A stretch of DNA of 63,278 nt, the filler included, from Octopus bimaculoides (taxonomy: Eukaryota), in the NCBI RefSeq assembly GCF_001194135.2. It is 6 parts of 5 records of this genome, joined end to end, with 100 filler letters (N's around TTAATTAATTAA, not from the genome) between each part and the next. Parts side by side here need not be neighbours in the genome. Positions count along the whole stretch, not along the records: positions 40,206 to 55,971 come from NC_068993.1; positions 56,072 to 59,073 come from NC_069002.1; positions 59,174 to 61,804 come from NC_068986.1; positions 61,905 to 63,278 come from NC_068987.1; 2 more parts are not named here. One strand, 5' to 3'. The stretch's first letter is position 1, and every line of letters starts with the position of its first letter. The notes beneath the pieces were generated by a model. It made no database searches and was not told where the DNA came from. It saw nothing but the letters and a program-made list of their open reading frames with translations. A program made the translations under genes and the position numbers. Of this stretch, positions 51,232 to 63,200 are shown piece by piece.

Positions 51232-51530
51232 TAGCTCCTTTATAGGATGTGTGGCAGCAGAAACGAAACAAATCTTACATATTGTGAGTATAGCAAGCTG
51301 GCCCAAAAGCACAAAAACAGGAGGTACCATAAAGTGGCTAAGTTTGTCCACTGGAGGTTACATGAAAAGTACGCCTTAGACAGAGCACGGAATTAATACG
51401 AACATGAACAAGAAGGGGTCACCAAGAGCAAGGAATTTAAGATAATGTGGGTTTTACAATCCGGTGTCGATTCCCTAATTGATGCTCAGGGACCAGATAT
51501 TGTTGTGGTAGATAAAAAGAAAAAAATGGA
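51232..51530 (+). pseudogene. R4/Dong-like LINE zinc-knuckle/RLE fragment
   Basis: SFIG/RMCGSRNET..HIVSEYSKLAQ...HKVAKFVHWRLHEKY...KIMW...GPDIVVVDKK (frameshifted), preceded by (AAT)n. Confidence 0.8.
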
Positions 51531-51544
51531 AACCAAAGATTATA

Positions 51545-51630
51545 TTCTTTTCTACTCTTGGCACAAGGCCCAGAATTTTGGTAGAGGTGGCTAATCGATT
51601 AGATCGATCGCAGTACGCAACTGGTACATT
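51545..51630 (-). mobile_element. SINE family A 3' fragment
   Basis: ttttctactcttggcacaaggcccagaatttt...atcgatcgcagtacgcaactggtac. Confidence 0.75.
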
Positions 51631-52829
51631 CATGTATGTTATATATCTCCCAGTTTAGAATGGACACAGAACTATGAAATATATACCTATACGCTATCAT
51701 CATATGCGTTCGGCAAAAGGATGAGAATGGGGATATTACTGGTTGTCTACACATCAATTTTACCAGAAAGCAAAACGCAAAGTTTCAAAATCTTGAAGAT
51801 TTATATAGGTGATAACTCTTCTTTAATCTTAAGTGTGAAGTTTAATGAATACATTGTTATCGGTGAAGTATACCCTAAGTTTACAAGATAAATTACAGCT
51901 ATCTCAGAAAGTAATCATTATTACAAATTCCAATTCAAATTTTTGGTTTTTAGAAGACGCCAAAACAACAGCCGTGGAAGGGACTAGCCAAATGCACACA
52001 CACCAAAACTCACATCTTTAAAATTATCTTCTTTTAACACGTCTGTATCATTACTTTTGCCTCCATACGAAACCATTGTAATAGATATGGTTCTAGAATA
52101 TATAGACTTTAAAATCAAAAACCGCAGATTGAGAAAGCGTTTACCAATTCCCTTAGCACTCATTATAACACAGCAAACAGTTTTGTCGAGAATAGAAAAA
52201 AAAACAAAAAAAACTAGCGGTCTCACGTTGAATGTTATTCAGGTATCGCTAGAGACTCAAACAAAACCTGTGACAATACATATTTGGCAAACAATACCTG
52301 CCAGTATACGACTGGTGTCATTAGGAAAACATCTGGGGAAAAGATGCAGTGCGCACTTGAATTTAACAGCTCAAATTAAGCAGTCTTGGACAATAACATA
52401 CTGAAATTATCAAAATATAATGCCACTGAATAACTTATGTTAATTTCCACCATAATGTATGAAGTGAATATTATACTCACAGAGAATCAACTCTTACGAA
52501 AGAAATGAGTAAAACCGAAAAATATATGAAGCTTTGATCTTCCTCACTCTTTAAAAGGGAATAGGTTTTTAAAACACGATCTGAAAAGATTGAGGGAAAA
52601 CATTAACAACGAATATTTTGGATATTCATTAAATATGTATGAATTTGTACAATAAAATTTACTGTAACAACTCTGAAAATTTCACTAAAATCGTGGATAA
52701 ACTGTAATGTGGGAAGTCCCCTAGAAGACCGGAATGTTTGTAAAGAAATAAAAGACACAAACGTATTACAGTCATTCACGGAATTATACCTGGTCATACA
52801 GCTCTATATTTAAGAGATGAGAAATTATG

Positions 52830-52970
52830 TACATTATTTACATTATTTACATATGACGCATAGTTGTCCAACAAACAAGATGAGGACCAATATCCGTCAA
52901 ATGTAAATAATGTAAATAATATAAAAAATGTAAATAATGTAAATAATATAAAAAATGTAAATAATGTATA
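52830..52970. repeat. Penelope-type tail with an inverted 29-nt copy and a 27-nt tandem duplication
   Basis: tacattatttacattatttacatatgacg is near reverse complement of cgtcaaatgtaaataatgtaaataat; same family as 23224-23275. Confidence 0.7.
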
Positions 52971-53089
52971 TACCTGTCCAGATAAATATGTCAAACTGTT
53001 GTGCGATACAAGAAAAAATTGTTGTAGCCTTGAATGAAAATATTACCTTGTTAGTATATTTCGTGGCGAGCTGATATCGTTTTTTGCGT

Positions 53090-53270
53090 CGGATAGATGG
53101 CTTTGAATCATTTCATCCGTCTTTACGTTCCGAATTCAGATTCTGCTTCGGTGAAATCTGTCTTTAATCCTTTTGGGATCGATGAAATAATACCAGTTGA
53201 GCAGTGTGGTCGATATAATTGACTGAACTACTCTCCAAAATGTCAGACCGTGTTATAGCTGTAGAAACAA
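53090..53270 (+). mobile_element. SINE family A (diverged)
   Basis: cgtctttacgttccgaattcagattctgc...atccttttgggatcgatgaaataataccagt. Confidence 0.7.
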
Positions 53271-54584
53271 TTTACTCTATCAATCACTTTTGATTCCGCC
53301 AACACTATTTGTAGCTAAATAAAGAAACAAAGTTTGAGGTAGCATGTGAGGTAAAGGAGTGTGAAGAGTGCCGAGCAGTTTTTCTCGAATAAGCTTCTGC
53401 TTTTATTTCTATATAGTAGTTACTGTACAGAAAGACATATATTATATTCGTCACTCATGTTTGCAGGGGGGAAAAACAAGCGTGCACTTAGTGAATGTAT
53501 CTGATATTTTACAATTTTTGCGAAGCCACAAATTCCGGTCAATATTCACTTATCTTACTTACATAAGAAATAGTGCCTGTGAAGTTCTAAATCATTCAAT
53601 ATGAGTATTCTAATGGAACATTGTCACTGTGTGGCCTCATTATGTATGCCTAAACAGTATCTTTTATTTTACAAAGCAATGGTTATGTATTATAGACTAC
53701 TATAACAACACATGAGTAGACATTAATGTTTTTTGTATCCAATTGAAAAACTGGCAATTTAAATATCTACGATGCTGAAAAACAACTAGTCTTCACAATA
53801 ATACGATACATTGATTGGATGTACCCATAAATGTGTTTATACGAGATGGTTGGACACAATAAAACATTTCTCAAAATAAAAACATTTGCATCAAAGAATA
53901 ATACTTCAAAGAATAATATATCTCACCAAAAAATTACTACAAGTGATTTGGTACCGATGAAAATACATTGTATAAAGTCCACATGAACTAAAATAGAGTA
54001 AGTAAAGATTATTACACCAAAGTTAAATATATATATTTAGTTTCCAGATTACACTAAAGCGCACTATTGCATACGCAGCGCCAATTCCACTAGTGGCACA
54101 AACGTTCGAGATTTGTGACTGGTCTATTAATGGAGTCCACTCACTCTATATTTATATGCAGATCTTCACATAGAAAAGAAACTACAGTTGCAATGTAATC
54201 ATCTGTAGCTCAGAGGGAAAACAAGGGAGAAATTTAATATTAGTTCAAAGAGCTTGTGATCGTCTTATGATACAGAGAGAGAGAGAGCAGTTGCAAAAGT
54301 GCGATTGTATTAGCAAAATGTTCAAATTTCGCAGAAATTTCTTAAACAAGTACCCAGATCCAGATGATATTCCTGGCATTCCTAGAACTCTCAAACCCTA
54401 AAATTCTCGAGAAATAATCTGCATACCCAAAGATTAATACAATGAAATATAATATATAACTATATAATAGTAATTTCTGATTTTCTTTATCGCAAACATT
54501 ATTCGGATGATAATACGGACAATAAGTGCCTAGGACTTGTGGCTAGTTAAGTCTTTGTAATAAAATAAATGGAGATAACTCTAG

Positions 54585-54650
54585 AAAATCTGATGAAGAG
54601 ACAATGCAGCACATGAACCCCAAGCTGTGCTCGAAACTGTCGATTGTTTT
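54585..54650 (+). ncRNA. Degenerate hammerhead-like motif with a long stem II
   Basis: aaaatCTGATGA-a-gag...gcaca...tgtgctc-GAAAC-T-GTC-gatt. Confidence 0.35.
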
Positions 54651-55533
54651 ACTAAAGAATTAAACATTCTGTCAACGAACTGTACTTAAGACAGTAATAT
54701 TCAATTCTGTAATGTAGTTGAAAAGTTATTAATATGAAAAGACGATGATAACAAAGTTTGATCTTGGAAAATTTAAAGAACATCAGAATAATGAGTTCAT
54801 GCATATGCTTTGACATAACGAACACTGAATGGAATAATCATAGCTGAACGTTAGCTGAACGTGTGTCAACTATTTAAAAAGAAACGGTTAGACACACTCG
54901 GAAAGACACAGCAGTTTTATGTAGAAGAAAACAGCGCTTTAAAAATGATCTGCGCTTTTAATCGCTGCGAGACAATTTTTGGAAAACTGCTTTTCTCTTC
55001 AGAAAAACAGTAAGATTTATACAAGAAATAACATAGTCTATTTTTGTTATAATATTACTTGCTTTGATAGTATAGTATCCATGAAGACAGTGTATACATG
55101 CAAAACAAAAGACTACTCAAGACTCCTTTTCAAAGCAGAATACAAAAATCAGCAAGCAGAATAAAAATGATTTGGCACAGTGTTATACATCCAACAAATA
55201 AGATATTAATGTATGTTTCAGAAAAATTCTAGCAATGGAATTTTATTTCTTTTTAGACACAAGCAATCACTTTGTACGAAGAATTCAAAATACCAACAAG
55301 GGATTAACGTGAACATACTCACAAAACTTAAACACACATATCTAAAATGTTATTACTTGTGTGCGTGTGAGAATGTGTGCGTTTTCCTATATATTATCAA
55401 ATAATTTTGACACGTGGTGATATTGAACATTATTTTCATAGCCGTTAGATAATTCTCTGATCATTGGGTTTAATAATTTATACATACAAGTACGCATATA
55501 CATAATGTATATATATATGCATATATATATCCA

Positions 55534-55616
<83 letters not shown>

Positions 55617-56109
55617 ACGCATGCATACACACGCATACAGATGCAGGCACACATACATAATTATGTGAAATACGACACATATCCACACACATATCAAAGA
55701 CACATTGGTGCCATACTTGTTGTATTCATCTTTAGGTCAAACATAGAGAGATCTTTCTTACACCTTTTTATATTCTATATCGTTTCTCTATAAAGTACAA
55801 ACAACATGTCTAGACAGTCTAGACGTAACTGTAAAAAGTGTTACACCCTAGAGAGATAGAATTATCTTCCAATAGATGTAAACGAAAATATTTTATATGA
55901 AAAACACAAAACTACAAATTCACGGATAGAGCTATAAAATTTCTTATTAGAGAATAACGATTTGTGGAATTNNNNNNNNNNNNNNNNNNNNNNNNNNNNN
56001 NNNNNNNNNNNNNNNTTAATTAATTAANNNNNNNNNNNNNNNNNNNNNNNNNNNNNNNNNNNNNNNNNNNNCCTAACATACTAGAAAGAACAGTTATACA
56101 CACACACAC

Positions 56110-56550
56110 ACACACACACACATATAACTGTTGGAAAGTTGGAACACGATCAAAAGGTGGAAGAAGAGGCACTCGAACCTGTTGAAACAACTCGAAGTCG
56201 TGTACTCTACTGACTGACACACAAACTGGCAACTTACAGTTCTTATCGAAGAATTGTCTAGAAGAACTGTCTGTTGTCAATTCTTCGTTGGGAAGAATCG
56301 GTGACAGACCAACAAAGGTGAAAATCAGTTTATCTGAGAGCTAAACACTGAGAGAAAAAAAAATGGAAGAACTGAACATCATAGAAGGCGATTGGAACAA
56401 ACAACCCCATCCCAAAACATCGCTGATCCTCTCGTTGATTACCAATGATGTCCAAGGTGGGAAGAGAAACCGCGTAAGACTTGGATTAATCGGCGAATCT
56501 ACACACAACAATGCAAGGATGATGATCGCCGTCGATAGCGAAGAATAACC
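56110..56550 (+). mobile_element. Possible LINE ORF1-like fragment related to 61905-62316
   Basis: EEEALEPVETTRSRVLY*..TDTQTGNLQFLSKNCLEE...GDRPTKVKI parallels PPEETVNDKSDRTVVY...KIEILSEDDVEECL...GRRSVR. Confidence 0.35.
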
Positions 56551-56789
56551 ATGATTACAATCATTTAACATATTTAGTAATCTACTCTCGGTCGACCAGT
56601 CTTGAAAAAAACCTCGCAAACAGTCCAGAGTTCTTGCAGACGAAGAAAAAATTAGTCATCAACTAATATTGGTTTTCTTTTACCGCATGTAGGAGTTAAA
56701 TCTCATTAATGTACTTAGCATTAAGTATGCTTTCACCTACATTACTTAATATTCAAATCTTTTTACATAGGCCATTCTCTCTCGCCCCC

Positions 56790-56831
<42 letters not shown>

Positions 56832-57003
56832 TTACTCTCTCTGTCTGTTTATATCTCTATCATTCTATCGTTCTGTCACGCACGCAAAAATCCTTCTTTT
56901 TCTCTCTATTTAACTACTCTATCGCTGTCTTTCTGCTTATTTCTGAATCATTTTATCAGTTTATCTGACGCACACAAATCTTCTTTCTATCTATCTAACT
57001 GTC

Positions 57004-57038
<35 letters not shown>

Positions 57039-57524
57039 TTATATCTCAATCACACTATCTGACACACACTCACTCCCTCTCTTTCTGTCTATTTAACTGT
57101 CTGTCTCCCTACCTCTATTTCTCTCTGATCGTATCTGTGCCTCTCTATTATCGTCTGCTCCGCATCAGTCTAACAGTTATTCTCTCTCTCTCTCTCTCTC
57201 TCTGTTTCACTGTTTATTTTTCTGTCTTAATTGTCTGCACAAACTCTTATCTATATTTATCCCTACACATTAGCTCACAATCACTCTTTCTCTCCCGCTT
57301 TCCCTCCCTTGTTCAAACGTTTCTTTAAGCTTCCGTTTAGCAGTCAAGAGAAGAAGCTCCAAACTCTTCAAAGATAAAATAACTTTCCTACAGACAAAAT
57401 TTATGTATCAGAAATGTAATCAGTTTACTCCTCTTACCTGTGGTATACCTGCCAATCTACTCCTGCGACTTGGGGTATACTGGCTACTTGTAAAGCTATT
57501 CCTATAACTATTAACAATTACAGC

Positions 57525-57740
57525 TTCAAATTTTGGCACAAGGTCAGCAATTTCGGGGCTGGAATAAGTCGATTACATCGACCCCAGTGTTCAACTGGTA
57601 CTCATTTTATTGAGCCCCTAAGGGATGAAAGGCAAAATCGACCTCGGCGTAGGTTGAATTCAAAACGTAAAGACGGGCTAAAAATGTCGCTAAGCATTTT
57701 TGCTCGTCGTGCTAACGATTTTGCCAGTTCGCCGCCTTAA
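57525..57740 (-). mobile_element. SINE family A
   Basis: ttcaaattttggcacaagg...atcgaccccagtg...gaaaggcaaaatcgacctcggcg...gccagttcgccgcctta. Confidence 0.85.
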
Positions 57741-57897
57741 CTATTGATTTTTTTTGGATTTTTTATTATTCTTAGAAGCTAATGGTAGTCAAATTGTGAC
57801 TCACGTGCCACACGCGGATCTCGAAGCTTCCCAGCGTGATATTGAATTTCAGTGCTATTTTTCTAAAACACTACACTCTAGAGATACAGGAACATAG

Positions 57898-57947
<50 letters not shown>

Positions 57948-58048
57948 ATTCGCGTGTGTGTATTCGTAGGTGTGTGTGTGTGTTATATGTGTGTGTGTAT
58001 ACATATATATATATATTTATTTACATGCACACACATATTGTGTGTGTG

Positions 58049-58091
<43 letters not shown>

Positions 58092-59173
58092 NNNNNNNNN
58101 NNNNNNNNNNNNNNNNNNNNNNNNNNNNNNNNNNNNNNNNNNNNNNNNNNNNNNNNNNNNNNNNNNNNNNNNNNNNNNNNNNNNNNNNNNNNNNNNNNNN
58201 NNNNNNNNNNNNNNNNNNNNNNNNNNNNNNNNNNNNNNNNNNNNNNNNNNNNNNNNNNNNNNNNNNNNNNNNNNNNNNNNNNNNNNNNNNNNNNNNNNNN
58301 NNNNNNNNNNNNNNNNNNNNNTATACAGTTATATAGATATGAGTGTGTGTGTGTGTATATGTATGTATGTTTGTATGTAGACTGCAGCTTTAGAATATAA
58401 AATAAAAAAATCTCATCTATTTCTTCTTCTTATCAAACATCATGGCCACCCCTGATACAAACCAAGCTGAATGAATAGATATTAGTCTATTGCAAATGCT
58501 TATTGCATTATTCATCTTGCATAATAGGCTTGATTCACATATCAATAACGTTTGATTATGAACTGATAGGGAGCCGAGCTGTTACGTGAGTTCATATTCG
58601 GAACCAGATGTGTTATATCTGTGTCACTGTTATCATTTTGAATGTAAGCTTTCTAAAGTCTTATTTATGAGGAATAGTACCACGAAGCTTCTCCTGGTGA
58701 GAAACGAACTTACTATTAAGAGATTCAAAGATCTTTTTAGCTTGTAGCCGACTCCTAACACTTTTGTATTTCTCTCGTTCGGCCTTCTTCAGTCTGTCTC
58801 TGGAGACATACACCAACGCACAAAAAAAAAAAAACACGGACGTTCTTACTCATTCACGTAAACACACACATACAGACAGTGGCGGCTCGTACATAAAAAT
58901 TAGTGGGGGTGCTGCTTCAGAAAATTTTTAGCTGTTGTTTTAATATCGTGTAAAAGGAAACAAATATATAAAAAGAATATTTATACATAAACTTGATCGG
59001 TTCACATTTTAGCCACTGCCGAGTAATGTGTTGAATTTGTTCACTGGACACTGCCGCAAATTCCCCCTTGTTTNNNNNNNNNNNNNNNNNNNNNNNNNNN
59101 NNNNNNNNNNNNNNNNNTTAATTAATTAANNNNNNNNNNNNNNNNNNNNNNNNNNNNNNNNNNNNNNNNNNNN

Positions 59174-59204
<31 letters not shown>

Positions 59205-59261
59205 CATATGCATACATACATGCACATACGTATATATGTATATACACATATAAACCTATAC

Positions 59262-59423
59262 TGGCTCAGGTGTGGCTATGTGGTAAGACGTTTGCTTCCT
59301 AACCACGTGGTTCCAGGTTCAGTCTCACTATATGGCACTTTGAGCAAGCGACTTCTACTATAGCCGCAGGCTGTCAAAGCTGTGTGAGGGGATTTGGTTG
59401 ATGGAAACTGATTGAAGACTGTC

Positions 59424-59430
<7 letters not shown>
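59262..59430 (+). mobile_element. SINE family B, 5' part
   Basis: ggctcaggtgtggctatgtggtaag...ggttcagtctcactatatggcactttgagcaagcgacttctactatagcc. Confidence 0.75.
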
Positions 59431-59462
<32 letters not shown>

Positions 59463-60899
59463 CAGACGTTCAATGGAGGCTGGGGGTGGGAGGGAGACAA
59501 AGACAAGGGAATACAAGCATCAAGCATGGGAATGAACGCTGAATTGACTTTCTCATAAGGGACCACCCACACTGCAAAGGAACAAAAGGGATTTTTCGTC
59601 CTTTCCTTTATAGGATTCGCCAACTTCCCAAGATCGAAGAGCGAAAATTACTGAATTGATAACCACCTGCATACAAACCATATTTGTATACAAATGTAAA
59701 TATGGTATGTATGAATAAAAAATGTATAGTCTATCATCCAATATGTACGCCCACTCGTACAAACCTAATAAAAACAGGCATATATATATATAAATATGTG
59801 TACGTATATATATATATATATATNNNNNNNNNNNNNNNNNNNNNNNNNNNNNNNNNNNNNNNNNNNNNNNNNNNNNNNNNNNNNNNNNNNNNNNNNNNNN
59901 NNNNNNNNNNNNNNNNNNNNNNNNNNNNNNNNNNNNNNNNNNNNNNNNNNNNNNNNNNNNNNNNNNNNNNNNNNNNNNNNNNNNNNNNNNNNNNNNNNNN
60001 NNNNNNNNNNNNNNNNNNNNNNNNNNNNNNNNNNNNNNNNNNNNNNNNNNNNNNNNNNNNNNNNNNNNNNNNNNNNNNNNNNNNNNNNNNNNNNNNNNNN
60101 NNNNNNNNNNNNNNNNNNNNNNNNNNNNNNNNNNNNNNNNNNNNNNNNNNNNNNNNNNNNNNNNNNNNNNNNNNNNNNNNNNNNNNNNNNNNNNNNNNNN
60201 NNNNNNNNNNNNNNNNNNNNNNNNNNNNNNNNNNNNNNNNNNNNNNNNNNNNNNNNNNNNNNNNNNNNNNNNNNNNNNNNNNNNNNNNNNNNNNNNNNNN
60301 NNNNNNNNNNNNNNNNNNNNNNNNNNNNNNNNNNNNNNNNNNNNNNNNNNNNNNNNNNNNNNNNNNNNNNNNNNNNNNNNNNNNNNNNNNNNNNNNNNNN
60401 NNNNNNNNNNNNNNNNNNNNNNNNNNNNNNNNNNNNNNNNNNNNNNNNNNNNNNNNNNNNNNNNNNNNNNNNNNNNNNNNNNNNNNNNNNNNNNNNNNNN
60501 NNNNNNNNNNNNNNNNNNNNNNNNNNNNNNNNNNNNNNNNNNNNNNNNNNNNNNNNNNNNNNNNNNNNNNNNNNNNNNNNNNNNNNNNNNNNNNNNNNNN
60601 NNCATTCGCGAAGAAATACAAGTGCGCGTATATACACATGTATTGCCCTTGTTTTTTAGTTCTTTGGTTAATTTTTTTTTTTTTTTTTTTAGCAATCAAG
60701 GCCAGCTTCTTTCTGGAGCACCGCCTTCTACACACATTTAATTACAATTGTCTTGAATTGAAATATATCTAAATAAATAATGCATGCATATATGGAAAGA
60801 AAACGAAAACAAGAAAGATATAGAAAAAAACAAAGCAAAAAAGAAAAAAATAAGATGAAGAGCAAAATAAAAATATGTACATATAAAAATAACAACAGC

Positions 60900-60924
60900 A
60901 ACAACGATAACAATAACAATAATG

Positions 60925-61022
<98 letters not shown>
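60900..61022. repeat. (AAT)n/(GAT)n microsatellite
   Basis: Read directly from the sequence. Confidence 0.95.
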
Positions 61023-61767
61023 CTAGAATTCGGTCGAAATCATAAGAAATAATGAGGTCACTAAACTAGTGAAAATGTCTGCTTCTTAATAATTACTGTA
61101 TCTCTTTTTTGTTGCTGCTCTCTCAGGTTTTTCTCTCTATCTGTCTTTCACTCTATCTTTCTTAGTTTCTCATCTTTCTGTCTTTTCCTTCATTCTTTCT
61201 TCCTGCTTCTCCTTTTACTCGCACACGTTACTCTTGCTCGCCTTATTACCAGCCCGCTTCAGTTATCACAGCTGATCTAATTCAGTGAATAAAAATGTGG
61301 TGAGGACGAAGGGCAGAGGGATCTGCGTATGGCAAGGGTTTGGGTTGGGAGTCATGAGACGGGAGAGGTGGGCTATAAAAATGTCCAGATTAACAGGGAG
61401 AGAAGTAAGTGTGAAGGGAGAAAGGTCAGTAAAATAAGTGTGAATAATTCTTAAAACAGATGGGCGAATCAACATCGCAATCATAGAAATAACACTCACG
61501 CACGACAACTAATACAGTAATTTATATGTGTGTGTGTGTGTGTGTATACGCACACACACACATATATACACGCATATATAGTTATACACATATATAGGTA
61601 CACACGCACACATACATATGTACATACAAGTAGAAAAGTGTGCGAGCACCAGGAGTTGTTGTTTACATATAGTTGCAGACGCACATAGACGCACATGCAC
61701 GCGCGCAGATACACACATACATACATACAGGCGCGCGCACGCATGTAATGACACAAATATGTATATA

Positions 61768-61804
<37 letters not shown>

Positions 61805-61904
61805 NNNNNNNNNNNNNNNNNNNNNNNNNNNNNNNNNNNNNNNNNNNNTTAATTAATTAANNNNNNNNNNNNNNNNNNNNNNNNNNNNNNNNNNNNNNNN
61901 NNNN

Positions 61905-62316
61905 CGAACACTTCTCCTGCCCCTATACGTGGGCAGTAGCGCTACCTTGTCAGAGCGTTAAACAATGGTAGAATGTGAGGCCGCCTCTTCTTTGGTGGGA
62001 AACCTCACCTCTACCGTGCCATATTTCCTTCCTCGGCTTATGAAAGTTGCCATTTTCATCAGGGTCCTAAACATTCCTCCACATCGTCTTCAGATAGGAT
62101 TTCTATTTTGTTGCTGGCGGCCGCTTGCGTGCGGTACACCACAGTCCTATCGCTCTTATCGTTGACTGTCTCCTCTGGAGGGACCAGCTTTATTGTGTCT
62201 CTCTCTCTTTGCACAAATTGTTCACTTCTTATAATATCGCCCAAATTCATTTTTATCTGCTTCGCTTCCAACGGCGTAGCTGCTCCCACTGCAGCGGTTT
62301 TTGCATTGCTTTCCAT
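61905..62316 (-). mobile_element. LINE (L1/Tx1-like) ORF1 N-terminal fragment, frameshifted, running into a gap
   Basis: MESNAKT...IEILSEDDVEECLGP / LMKMATFISRGRKYGTVEVRFPTKEEA...ALLPTYRGRRSVR; RRM-like pattern; family assignment from memory. Confidence 0.5.
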
Positions 62317-62544
62317 ATTGAAAAGCTAACTTTTCACCCCCACAATGGGGAGAAAAACAGCAATAAAACAACAGCAAAACCAATTACGTGCGAGTCGCTT
62401 CAACAACAATTTTCAACAGTAATATAAAACAATTTTAACAACGGACAGCCTCAAAGAGAAAGCCTTCAACAATCCAACCGTGGTCAAAAATGACGAGACT
62501 CAAGCAAACAAGTTGTTACTAGCTTCACCCGTTCGACTGCGCCC

Positions 62545-62710
62545 ATGATGTCGCACTACTTTGAAGGGTTTAATTGAACAAATCGACCCCAGTGACTGTC
62601 TATCTTTAAAGTCTGGTAACTTATTCTATCATTATCTTTGGCCGAACCGTTTATTTGCGAGGATGTGAACCAATACCAGTTGTAAAGCGGTGATGGGAAG
62701 AAACACAAAG
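62545..62710 (-). mobile_element. SINE family B, 3' part
   Basis: tttgaagggtttaattgaacaaatcgaccccag...ttggccgaaccg...gatgtgaaccaataccagttgtaaagcgg. Confidence 0.65.
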
Positions 62711-62815
62711 ACATACACACATACACGTATACATGCATAGATAGATAGATACATCCATACATACACGCACGCGCGCGCACACACACACATACATTGATAT
62801 ATATATATATATTAT

Positions 62816-63000
62816 TATATTTCAGGATGGTCTTTTTTTTTTGCCAAATAAACACACTTCGTTCTTCACTCGTTTATTACTGTTCTTATTTTATCTTATA
62901 TCTTAAGATAAAATATGAACAGTTATAAACGAGTGAAGAACGAATATATAGTGCGTGTGCTTATTTGGCAAAAAAAAAAAAATTACCATCTCGAAATATA
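62816..63000. mobile_element. Fold-back MITE (near-palindromic, about 185 bp)
   Basis: Inner 40-bp arms at 62858-62897 and 62905-62944 (2 mismatches); outer arms tatatttcaggatgg...gccaaataa / ttatttggc...ccatctcgaaatata. Confidence 0.8.
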
Positions 63001-63163
63001 ACAATATCTGTTTCAACACACGGTTTCACATCAGGAATCTTGCAACACATTCACAAACGTAATATATATATATGGGAGAATATACAAATAATAACAACAG
63101 ACGAGGACAGGTGGTGTAAATAACAAAAGTATATATTAGTATGACGCTCGGGAATACGGAAAG

Positions 63164-63200
63164 TCTTTGACGTTTCGAGCTACGCTCTTCAACAGAAAGA
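63164..63200 (-). ncRNA. Minimal type I hammerhead-ribozyme-like motif (A6U core variant) in a Penelope-type repeat
   Basis: tcttt-CTGTTGA-a-gagc-gta-gctc-GAAA-CG-TC-aaaga: perfect 5-bp stem I, 4-bp stem II, palindromic ACGU helix III, GUC triplet. Confidence 0.6.

Noticed and set aside
53400-55400. Possible MULE-like transposase relic
   Set aside because: Too decayed to support from the sequence alone.
58878-59018. cagtggc...gccactg as hAT MITE ends
   Set aside because: Only a 7-bp match and no 8-bp TSD.
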